Below are positions 1 through 7,122 of a DNA stretch of 30,599 nt, piece by piece. This DNA comes from a virus (taxonomy: Duplodnaviria; Caudoviricetes). The stretch's first letter is position 1; each line of letters begins with the position of its first letter. The DNA lies in IMG/VR virus record IMGVR_UViG_3300042887_004862, positions 1 through 30,599 of that record; one strand, given 5' to 3'. A program made the translations under genes and the position numbers. Below the pieces are notes generated by a model. That model worked only from the letters and a program-made list of their open reading frames with translations, was not told where the DNA came from and did no database searches.

Positions 1-60
1 GGTGGCAAAGCTCCAGTGCAAAACGGGCACGAAGTAAATTCCTGACCGCCTTCCGTTTCC

Positions 61-801
61 ATGTCTGCACCCGCCCACATCGTCAACCAGCGCGCCGCCG
101 AATACGGCGTCACGGCCCGCACCGTGCGCAACTGGCGCTCCGCCGGCGCGCCGCTGGCCGATGCCGCCGCCCTCGCCGAATGGCTGCGCGTCCACGACCG
201 CCTCCCCGATCGCGCCGCCCGCGTCGGCGAACCCGTCGACGCCCGGATCCAAGCCGCCCTCGCCACCGACTGGACCGCCCTGGAAAGCGCCGACCTCGCC
301 CAACGCCGCGGCGACCTCGAAACCTGGTCCGCCCTCGCCGGCCGCAAGATGCGCGCGGCCCTCGATGCCGAGGCCCACGGCGAATTCACCCGCTGGCAAA
401 AGATCTACCTCGCCTTCCACGGAGCCGCCCTCCAAGCCCGGCTCGCCCAGGCCAAGCTCGGCATCGACACCGGCGACCTCATCACCCGCGTCGAATGCGA
501 GCGCGTCCTCCACGCCTTCATCAACCGCCTCTGCCTCGGCATCCAGCACACCCGCGACCACCTCGCCGCGCGCCTGACCAACATCCCCTTCGAGACCGAG
601 ATCGCCGACCACCTGGAGACCGCCCTCATCACCCGCGCCCTCCTCGATCCCGTCAACGCCGCCCTCGCCCACGCCGCCGCCATCGGGCTTCCCCCCTGGG
701 TGCCCGCCGCCTGCGAACGCGCCATCGCCGACCACCTTGCCGCCGGCCTCGACCAACTCGCCGCCCGCCGCGCCCAAACCCTTACCGATCCCCAAGCATG
801 A
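61..801 (+). CDS. Terminase small subunit-like protein (N-terminal HTH)
   Basis: N-terminal RAAEYGVTARTVRNWRSAGAP resembles the Nu1-type HTH; C-terminal helical region with GDLITRVE; upstream of a GpA-type terminase. Confidence 0.65.
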   Translation: MSAPAHIVNQRAAEYGVTARTVRNWRSAGAPLADAAALAEWLRVHDRLPDRAARVGEPVDARIQAALATDWTALESADLAQRRGDLETWSALAGRKMRAALDAEAHGEFTRWQKIYLAFHGAALQARLAQAKLGIDTGDLITRVECERVLHAFINRLCLGIQHTRDHLAARLTNIPFETEIADHLETALITRALLDPVNAALAHAAAIGLPPWVPAACERAIADHLAAGLDQLAARRAQTLTDPQA

Positions 802-1106
802 ACACCGACAGCCAAACCAAATCAACGGACACCTCGGACTCCCCTCTGCTTCGCCCCGTGGCGAAGGAAGAGGCCAACGCTGAAGCGAGCGTGGGCAAAG
901 CGACGGAGGCCGATCCCGGCAGCCCCGTGCGCCTCAGCCTCGAAGTGATCGTTCACCTGCCGCACGTCCCTGCCTCCGAGCGCGAGCGCATTGCTCGCAA
1001 GGCGCGCGAATCCATGGAGCAGGCCGTCGCCCTCCCGTTCCGTCACTGGGAGACTCGCATCACCACCGGAGCCGTTTGGCTGCCTGCCGCTGCGTCTAGC
1101 TGCTAG
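798..1106 (+). CDS. Hypothetical protein (102 aa)
   Basis: ATG at 798 overlaps the previous TGA (ATGA); C-terminal part of track ORF 180..1106. Confidence 0.5.
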   Translation: MNTDSQTKSTDTSDSPLLRPVAKEEANAEASVGKATEADPGSPVRLSLEVIVHLPHVPASERERIARKARESMEQAVALPFRHWETRITTGAVWLPAAASSC

Positions 1107-1112
1107 CTCCCT
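1092..1112. repeat. Degenerate heptamer array GCGTCTA GCTGCTA GCTCCCT (family D)
   Basis: Three 7-nt units spanning the TAG at 1104-1106; related to the 2118-2152 array. Confidence 0.5.
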
Positions 1113-1125
1113 GCCTAAACCCGCC

Positions 1126-1608
1126 ATGCACCCCGAAGACCTGAGCACCCCGGCCGTCCGGCTACGCGAGCCCGCCGTCGACTTCCCGCACGAACTCCTC
1201 GACCGCCCCGAGGACATCGCCCGCGAGGAACTCCAGACCGTGCTCGGCCGCGCCGTCAGCCCCGAGGACACCCGCCGGCTGTTCGTGTGGCACCTCAGCC
1301 GCCAGCACGCCGACTCCGCGGCCGAGTGGACCGTTCTGGAGCGCGTCCTCCTCTGGATCGGCGGCGCCCGCCCGGCCGACTACCGCGCCACCGGCCGGGG
1401 CGCCAGCCGCCCCGCCGAGACCGAAGCCGAGACCAGCGAACGCCGCGTTGGCCTCCGCGCCGCCATCGCCCTGGCCGAATTCGTGCCCCACGGCCAGCAC
1501 GCCTACAGCACCCGGTCGCTCGCCAAGATCTTCGGCGTCAGCCACGGCGAAGTCTTCCGCCTCCGCCAAAACCTCCGCGCCATCACCCCCGCGCAGGAAC
1601 CGATATGA
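1126..1608 (+). CDS. Protein with C-terminal HTH, candidate transcription regulator
   Basis: ATG at 1126 in track ORF 991..1608; C-terminal STRSLAKIFGVSHGEVFRLRQ is HTH-like. Confidence 0.6.
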   Translation: MHPEDLSTPAVRLREPAVDFPHELLDRPEDIAREELQTVLGRAVSPEDTRRLFVWHLSRQHADSAAEWTVLERVLLWIGGARPADYRATGRGASRPAETEAETSERRVGLRAAIALAEFVPHGQHAYSTRSLAKIFGVSHGEVFRLRQNLRAITPAQEPI

Positions 1609-1670
1609 ACAGCGAAGACGCAAAGGGCACGAAGATGAATCTGGAAAGCAGGAAAACAGGAAAGGAATGA
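1606..1670. repeat. Composite junction repeat: CGAAG unit array (family C) plus family A left arm
   Basis: tgaacagcgaagacgcaaagggcacgaag + atgaatctggaaagcaggaaaacaggaaaggaatga; aligns with 7051-7114 and 6049-6084. Confidence 0.9.
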
Positions 1671-1673
1671 CCA

Positions 1674-2132
1674 ATGAGCAGTGACCAAAGCCCAACACCG
1701 GAAACACATGCCGCAAAGTTTATGCCTTGCAACGCAGGGCCTGGATGGACGCGAACGCAATGGTTCGTCAGTGCTGAATTCGCTGAAAACCTTGAGCGCC
1801 AGCGCGACGAGGCGCGGGAGCAGTGCAAATACTGGAAAGGTGTTGTCCGGGGTGCCCGAGCGGAGTTGATTTCCGCTGGCCGAATCTCGTCCGAGGAATA
1901 CGCCGCGCTTTGTGCGGATCGTCAATGCCGCGACTACGTTGAGCAGATGGACGCGCTCAAGGAGCAGCGCGACGAGTTGCTGGCGGCGTTGGAAGCCGCG
2001 AGACCACTGCTGGTTGCAGTGCATGGCAATTTGGAAGAGCGCCCGGGGCGTCGGGGCAGGGCTGAGCAACTACTAAAACAGTTTGATGCCGCCATTGCCG
2101 CGGTGCGTGGTGCTTCGGCTCCCCGCTCCTAG
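1674..2132 (+). CDS. Small phage coiled-coil protein (TPxT / FAxxLER type)
   Basis: PTPETHA...EFAENLERQRDEARE; similar to the ORFs at 6081 and 6553; lower GC than the backbone. Confidence 0.65.
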   Translation: MSSDQSPTPETHAAKFMPCNAGPGWTRTQWFVSAEFAENLERQRDEAREQCKYWKGVVRGARAELISAGRISSEEYAALCADRQCRDYVEQMDALKEQRDELLAALEAARPLLVAVHGNLEERPGRRGRAEQLLKQFDAAIAAVRGASAPRS

Positions 2133-2152
2133 CTCCCCGCTCCCTGCTCCCA
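2118..2152. repeat. Five tandem heptamers GCTCCYN (family D)
   Basis: gctcccc gctccta gctcccc gctccct gctccca; contains the TAG of the upstream gene and ends 3 nt before ATG 2156. Confidence 0.9.
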
Positions 2153-2155
2153 GCC

Positions 2156-3025
2156 ATGACCCTCTTTCCCGAACTTGCCCCCGAGCCCGTCGCCAGCGCG
2201 CCGGCCGAGGCTCCGCGCCGGGCCATGCCCGTGCCCGAGGTCTGGTCTGATTCGTGTGAGGAAACCGCCGTCCTGTTCGGCCTCGCCGCCCGGGCGCCCG
2301 TGCAGGCCATCGTCACCAGCCCGCCCTATTGGTCAGTCCATCGTTACACCAACGCCGCGGTCTGCGAAATCGGCTGGGAATCCACGCCCGACGCCTACGC
2401 CCAGCGCCTTGCCCGCCTGTTCGCCCTGCTCCGCGACACCTGCCTCACCCCGCAAAGCACCCTCTGGGTCAACCTCGCCGACGTCATGAACGACGCCGAG
2501 TGGGGCATCCGCGACAAGTCCCTGCCGGAAAAGACCCTGCTCGGCCTGCCCTCGCGCTTCCTCCTGGCGATGCTCGCCCAGGGCTTCACCTGCCGCAGCG
2601 AAATCGTCTGGACCAAAACCCGCGGCCTCATCGAAAACCCGACCGACCGCCCCACGCGCACCGACGAGCGCGTCTTCCTCTTCAGTTGCGGCCCCGGCTA
2701 CTACTTCGACGCCGCGGCCCTCAGCGAACCCGACGACCTCGGCGGCCGGCGCAATGGCCGCAACCAATGGGCGCTCGCGCCCGATCAGGACTCCGCCGCC
2801 TACGCCCGGCATCCGGCCATCATGCCCCGCGCCCTCGCGCAACGCTGCATCCTCGCCGGCACGCGCCCCGGCGACCTCGTGCTCGATCCCTTCTGCGGCA
2901 CCGGCACCACGCTGGCGGTCGCCTACGCCCACGGCCGCCGCGCCCTCGGCCTCGAACTGAATCCCGCCTACGTCGCCCAAGCCCGCGCCCGCCTCGACGC
3001 CACGACCCCGGGATTTCCACTCTGA
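2156..3025 (+). CDS. DNA N4-cytosine/N6-adenine methyltransferase (beta class)
   Basis: Catalytic TSPPY near the N-terminus, HPAIMP, SAM-binding DPFCGTGTT, LGLELNPAY. Confidence 0.92.
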   Translation: MTLFPELAPEPVASAPAEAPRRAMPVPEVWSDSCEETAVLFGLAARAPVQAIVTSPPYWSVHRYTNAAVCEIGWESTPDAYAQRLARLFALLRDTCLTPQSTLWVNLADVMNDAEWGIRDKSLPEKTLLGLPSRFLLAMLAQGFTCRSEIVWTKTRGLIENPTDRPTRTDERVFLFSCGPGYYFDAAALSEPDDLGGRRNGRNQWALAPDQDSAAYARHPAIMPRALAQRCILAGTRPGDLVLDPFCGTGTTLAVAYAHGRRALGLELNPAYVAQARARLDATTPGFPL

Positions 3026-3052
3026 TCAATTTGGAAGGCAGGAAAACAGGAA
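3026..3052. repeat. Family A left arm
   Basis: tcaatttggaaggcaggaaaacaggaa directly after the MTase stop; 24/27 match to the reverse complement of 4259-4285. Confidence 0.9.
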
Positions 3053-3066
3053 CAAAACGCAAATCG

Positions 3067-3630
3067 ATGATCCCGAAAACAATCATTCATCTTCTATCCG
3101 GCGGCCTGGACTCCGTGACGATGCTTTACGACCTAACAGCTCAAGGGCATCGGCTGCATGCTCTGCTGTTTGACTATCGGCAGCGACACAAGCAGGAGCT
3201 TCTATGGGCGAAGCAGCACGCCGCTCGGTGCGGAGTGCTTTATACGACGATGGAACTGCCGGAACTTGGCGGCCTGACAGAGCAAAGCTGGATTGTTCCA
3301 AACCGAAACGCCGTCTTTCTGAGCGTAGCCGTGAACGTGGCCTGCAAGGCTGGCGCGGACACCGTGACGATTGGGTGCAACGCTGAGGATGCCGAATACT
3401 TCCCCGACTGCCGGAAGTCGTTCTTGGACGCCATGAACGAGGCGGTGCGTGCCGCTGGTTACGACGTCGAAATATGCGCCCCGTATCTCGACAAACCGAA
3501 AGCGTGGATCGGTGGCCTGGCCCAGCAGATGGGCGTGCGGCCGAACGAAATTTGGACGTGCTACAAGGGCGGCGCTGAGCCGTGCGGAAATTGCCCGGCC
3601 TGCCAAAAGCTCAAGCTGGCAATGAAATGA
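3067..3630 (+). CDS. queC: 7-cyano-7-deazaguanine synthase QueC-like (short, 187 aa)
   Basis: ATG 3067; LLSGGLDS PP-loop, FDYRQRH, VPNRN, FPDCR, C-terminal WTCY...PCGNCPAC Zn site. Confidence 0.9.
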   Translation: MIPKTIIHLLSGGLDSVTMLYDLTAQGHRLHALLFDYRQRHKQELLWAKQHAARCGVLYTTMELPELGGLTEQSWIVPNRNAVFLSVAVNVACKAGADTVTIGCNAEDAEYFPDCRKSFLDAMNEAVRAAGYDVEICAPYLDKPKAWIGGLAQQMGVRPNEIWTCYKGGAEPCGNCPACQKLKLAMK

Positions 3631-4229
3631 TCGTGCTGCTCGACACGCCCCAAGACCTGAATGCCTGCGCCGAAGAACTCGGCTGCGAGGTCGAGCAACT
3701 CTTTACCCCGCTGACCCGCCGCAACCCGCAACAACCGGAAAGAATGTTCGCAATGGACAATGGCGCGTTCGCCCGTTTCGAGGCCAAAGGATTCCTGAGC
3801 ATGCTGGCCAAGCATGAGTCACGCAAAGACCTCTGCCGTTTCGTGGCCGCGCCGGATGTTGTCGGTTGCGCCCGGCGCACGCTCGAATGCTTCCGGCATT
3901 GGCAACCGCGCCTTGCTGCATGGCCGGTGGCTTTTGTCTGCCAGGATGGGCAGGAATATCTGGACGTGCCGTGGGATAACTGCGCTGCGGTGTTCATTGG
4001 AGGATCAACCGAATGGAAGATGGGCAAGCACGCTGCGGCAATCGTGAAGGCGTCAAAGGTGATCGGGAAGTGGTGCCACGTCGGTCGCATCAACACGCCG
4101 GGCCGACTCGAATACTTTGAGGAACTCGGCGCGGACTCCTGCGATGGAACCGGGCTGGCGCAATACTCACACATGCGAAGGGCAATTTATGAGGACCGAA
4201 CAAGCCCCCGCCTCTCTCTGGCGACATAG
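3627..4229 (+). CDS. TGT-fold (DpdA-like) guanine transglycosylase-like protein
   Basis: ATGA-coupled to queC; motifs MDNGAF, APDVVG, CQDG, FIGGSTEWK, HVGRIN, DSCDGT resemble phage TGT-like barrels. Confidence 0.65.
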   Translation: MIVLLDTPQDLNACAEELGCEVEQLFTPLTRRNPQQPERMFAMDNGAFARFEAKGFLSMLAKHESRKDLCRFVAAPDVVGCARRTLECFRHWQPRLAAWPVAFVCQDGQEYLDVPWDNCAAVFIGGSTEWKMGKHAAAIVKASKVIGKWCHVGRINTPGRLEYFEELGADSCDGTGLAQYSHMRRAIYEDRTSPRLSLAT

Positions 4230-4258
4230 CAGTTCAGGTTCAAACTGACATTTTCAGA

Positions 4259-4285
4259 TTCCTGCCTTCCTGCCTTCCAAATTCA
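4259..4285. repeat. Family A right arm
   Basis: ttcctgccttcctgccttccaaattca immediately before the terminase ATG at 4286. Confidence 0.9.
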
Positions 4286-6052
4286 ATGTCCTCCCTTCCC
4301 GCCCCCCGCTTCATCGGCACCCTCGAATGGGCCGAGCGCAACCTCCGCGTCGGCGACGGCGCGTTTCGGGCGGCCGACTTCCCCTGGCTCGGGCCCATTG
4401 CCCGCGAGGTGGACCGCCGCCGCGGCTGCACCTTCGGCCTCATGTTCCCGCCGCAGGTCTTCAAGACCCTGTTTCTCCAGATGCGCGCGCTCCGCAACAT
4501 CGCCGTCGAGCCCGGCCGCCAGCTCTTCTACTGCCTTAACGGCAAGGACGCCGCCGATCTCGCCGACGAAAAGCTCTGCCCCCTGCGCGACAGCGTGCCC
4601 GCCGTCATGGCCCACTTCCCGCACGATCCCGATGCGCGCGGCGGCAAGCAGATTTGGAAGGCCATTGACGCGCCCTTCAGCCTGCTCGGCGCGGAGAATC
4701 GGAATCACCGCAACAGCCGCTCCGGCCGGACGATCTACCTCGACGAACCGTGGCAATTCGAGCCCGGCTGGATCCCCGAGATCATCGCCCGGTCCGATTC
4801 CTACCAATGGCAGCGCCAGATCATCCTCGCCACGACCGCCCCGAGCGTCGACGACGAGGTCGATGTCCTCTGGCGCACCTCCAGCCAGATGAACTGGCAC
4901 GTCGTCTGCCTGCACTGCCGCGAACGCGTGCCGCTGGAATTCGGCGAACCCGATTCGCCCGGCGGCATCAAGTGGGACAGCGACGAGCACACCCGCGAGC
5001 CCGACGGCTCCTGGAAGATCGAGGTCGCGAAGCTCACCGCCCGCTGGCATTGCCCCGCGTGCCATCAGGTCACGCTCTACGATCCCAAGACGCTGCGCGA
5101 ACTCAACGACCCCGCCCGCGGCGCCGGCTACGTGCAGGGCAATCCCGCGCCCGACCCGCAAGTCCATTTCTGGCGCGGCAACGCCTTTCTCATGCGCGAC
5201 TGGCGCCAGCTCGTCGGCGAATGGCTGGCGGCCTGCAACGCCAAACGCCGCGGCAGCCTGGAGGCCACCGAGGACTTCTACCGCAAGAAACGCGTCGAGT
5301 CGTGGGATCCCATGAAGGTCACGCGCCGCACGAACGACCTGCCCGTGGGCGACTACGACCTCGGTGATCCGTGGGCCGACGAGGGCAAGATGGCCGACGG
5401 CGCGCCGATGCGTTTCCTCTGGGTCGACGTGCAGCGCGATCACTTCTGGGCCGTCGCCCGGCAATGGAGCCCCAACGCGCAAAGCCGCCTGCTGCACTTC
5501 GAGCGCCTCTGGGAAGGCAGCCAGATCGAGGCCCTGCGCAACCGCCTCGGCATCCCGCCGAATCACGTCGTGCTCGACGAGGCCTACAACGCCGACCTCG
5601 TGCACCAGATCTGCACCGCCTACCATTTCCTCTGCGCGAACGGCGTCTCGGCCCGGGCCTTCCCGCATCACGACGGCGTGCGCCGCATCTTCGGCGAACC
5701 GCGCACCATCGACCCCTTCCTCGGCCGGTCGAATCAGGGCATGCAATGGTGCGTCGGTTTCCATTACGCGTCCGAAGGCGCCAAGGACCGGCTCGACACG
5801 CTCCGGCAGGCCCGCAGCGCCGACGGCAAACCGCTCTGGACCATTGCCCGCAACGCGCCCAGCGAATACGTCGAACAAGCCTACGCCGAGGCCAAGATCC
5901 GCAAGCGCCACCCGAAGAACAACGGCTGGTTCTACGAATGGAAGAAACTGCGCCCCGACAACCACGCCTTCGACATGGAATGCGGCCAGGTGATCAGCGC
6001 CAGCATGTGCGGCCTGCTCACCGCGACCAGCACGGCGGAGAGCGAGGAATGA
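4286..6052 (+). CDS. Terminase large subunit (lambda GpA family)
   Basis: Walker A-like PPQVFKT, Walker B IYLDE, CLHC...CPAC, nuclease region WVDVQRDHFW and DNHAFDMEC; upstream of gpW-like and portal. Confidence 0.9.
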   Translation: MSSLPAPRFIGTLEWAERNLRVGDGAFRAADFPWLGPIAREVDRRRGCTFGLMFPPQVFKTLFLQMRALRNIAVEPGRQLFYCLNGKDAADLADEKLCPLRDSVPAVMAHFPHDPDARGGKQIWKAIDAPFSLLGAENRNHRNSRSGRTIYLDEPWQFEPGWIPEIIARSDSYQWQRQIILATTAPSVDDEVDVLWRTSSQMNWHVVCLHCRERVPLEFGEPDSPGGIKWDSDEHTREPDGSWKIEVAKLTARWHCPACHQVTLYDPKTLRELNDPARGAGYVQGNPAPDPQVHFWRGNAFLMRDWRQLVGEWLAACNAKRRGSLEATEDFYRKKRVESWDPMKVTRRTNDLPVGDYDLGDPWADEGKMADGAPMRFLWVDVQRDHFWAVARQWSPNAQSRLLHFERLWEGSQIEALRNRLGIPPNHVVLDEAYNADLVHQICTAYHFLCANGVSARAFPHHDGVRRIFGEPRTIDPFLGRSNQGMQWCVGFHYASEGAKDRLDTLRQARSADGKPLWTIARNAPSEYVEQAYAEAKIRKRHPKNNGWFYEWKKLRPDNHAFDMECGQVISASMCGLLTATSTAESEE

Positions 6053-6084
6053 ATTTGGAAGGCAGGAAAACAGGAAAGGAATGA
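6049..6084. repeat. Family A left arm, 36-bp unit
   Basis: atgaatttggaaggcaggaaaacaggaaaggaatga; 34/36 identical to 1635-1670. Confidence 0.92.
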
Positions 6085-6335
6085 GCAATCACCAAGGACC
6101 AACGCCGCGCACCGACACGAAGACGCTCGCGCTGGCAATGCGGGTTTTGTCGCATCACATCCGCTCTGAGGACGGCGTGACCAACGCAGCACTGGCCGAG
6201 GCCGCGGACCGCCTTGACGAGCAAGCGGACCACATCCGCCGGCTGGAGGAGGCGGGGGATGCGTTATTCCAGCAATTTCACCACCCGACGTTACAAACTC
6301 ACCAATGGACCAAAGCCAAGGAGGCAAAAGCATGA
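6081..6335 (+). CDS. Small phage protein (PTPRTD...IRRLEEAGD)
   Basis: 84-aa ORF in an ATGA-coupled chain. Confidence 0.65.
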   Translation: MSNHQGPTPRTDTKTLALAMRVLSHHIRSEDGVTNAALAEAADRLDEQADHIRRLEEAGDALFQQFHHPTLQTHQWTKAKEAKA

Positions 6336-6556
6336 GCGACACACAAAAAAAAGAGCCGGTCATGGAAGCCGGGCAACTGACCTATGGGCAGGAAAACGAC
6401 TGCTGCGACGACAGCACGATTGGCCAATACATCGAAATCGAATCTCACGACGGAGGCGCTGGAAAATACTTCACGATCAAAACCGAGCGTTGGGCATTTG
6501 ATAACGCGAAACAGTTGGTTGCGATGATCGAAGACGCGGAACGGAGGTTGAAATGA
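6332..6556 (+). CDS. Hypothetical phage protein (DGGAGKYFTIKTERWAFD)
   Basis: ATG 6332 overlaps the previous stop; its stop overlaps the next ATG. Confidence 0.65.
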   Translation: MSDTQKKEPVMEAGQLTYGQENDCCDDSTIGQYIEIESHDGGAGKYFTIKTERWAFDNAKQLVAMIEDAERRLK

Positions 6557-6678
6557 GCGACACACCAACACCGAGGACGGATGCGCTAGTCAGGGCTAGG
6601 AAAAGCGAGGGGTTCTTAGACTTCGCCCGCCAACTAGAACGCGATTTGGCCGCCGCTAATGAGCGCATCCGCCGGCTT
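6553..6678 (+). pseudogene. TPRTD-type small protein apparently cut by a family A right arm
   Basis: MSDTPTPRTDA...FARQLERDLAAANERIRRL then reads into repeat sequence; the paralog at 6081 continues IRRLEEAGD. Confidence 0.5.
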
Positions 6679-6742
6679 CCTGCCTTCCTGCCTTCCAGAT
6701 TGACTGTCTCCGCGTCTCCGCGTCTTCCCTCTCCGCGTCCTC
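6677..6742. repeat. Family A right arm (6677-6703) plus octamer array GTCTCCGC (6706-6742)
   Basis: ttcctgccttcctgccttccagattga then gtctccgc gtctccgc gtcttccc tctccgc gtcctc. Confidence 0.9.
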
Positions 6743-6749
6743 GACTGCC

Positions 6750-6775
6750 CACCATGGACGGCGGCCGCGTAGGGC
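6750..6775 (+). promoter_or_regulatory. CACCATGGACGGC motif, copy 1 (putative late promoter)
   Basis: ATGGAC at 6754-6759, 16 nt before ATG 6776. Confidence 0.65.
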
Positions 6776-7048
6776 ATGGCATTGGCTACCGTTCCCGCGG
6801 GTCCGTTCCTCGGGTGGACCGCGACCGAGATCAACACCCGGCTCGCGACCCTCAAGACCTACCTGATCGCGCGGACGCCCGGCGAAGGCCAGATCACCAG
6901 CGCCTCGGTCAACGGCAAGGCCTGGCAATACGATCCCCGCGGCGGCATGACCGTCGCCGAGGAAATCGCCGCCCTCCAGGAAGCCCTCGCATGGGTCGAT
7001 GACGACGCCCTCGTCATGCCCAACGAACAAGTCTTCTCGGCGAGGTGA
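6776..7048 (+). CDS. gpW-like head-tail joining protein
   Basis: 90 aa between terminase and portal; ITSASVNGKAWQY hairpin between helices resembles gpW. Confidence 0.55.
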   Translation: MALATVPAGPFLGWTATEINTRLATLKTYLIARTPGEGQITSASVNGKAWQYDPRGGMTVAEEIAALQEALAWVDDDALVMPNEQVFSAR

Positions 7049-7050
7049 GT

Positions 7051-7114
7051 TGAACAGCGAAGGCGCGAAGGCGCGAAGGAGGAATCAATCTGGAAGGCAG
7101 GAAGGCAGGAAAGG
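7051..7114. repeat. Composite junction repeat: family C array plus family A left arm (7085-7111)
   Basis: tgaacagcgaaggcgcgaaggcgcgaag...tcaatctggaaggcaggaaggcaggaa; the arm is the exact reverse complement of 6677-6703. Confidence 0.92.
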
Positions 7115-7122
7115 CCGAGAGC

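Noticed and set aside
1-60. cos or pac site upstream of the terminase small subunit
   Set aside because: Plausible by position, but no recognisable sequence feature in the 60 nt available
843-873. Hairpin cctct-gc-ttcgcc-ccgt-ggcgaa-gga-agagg inside ORF 798-1106
   Set aside because: Single copy, no U-tract, inside a probable CDS; no function can be supported
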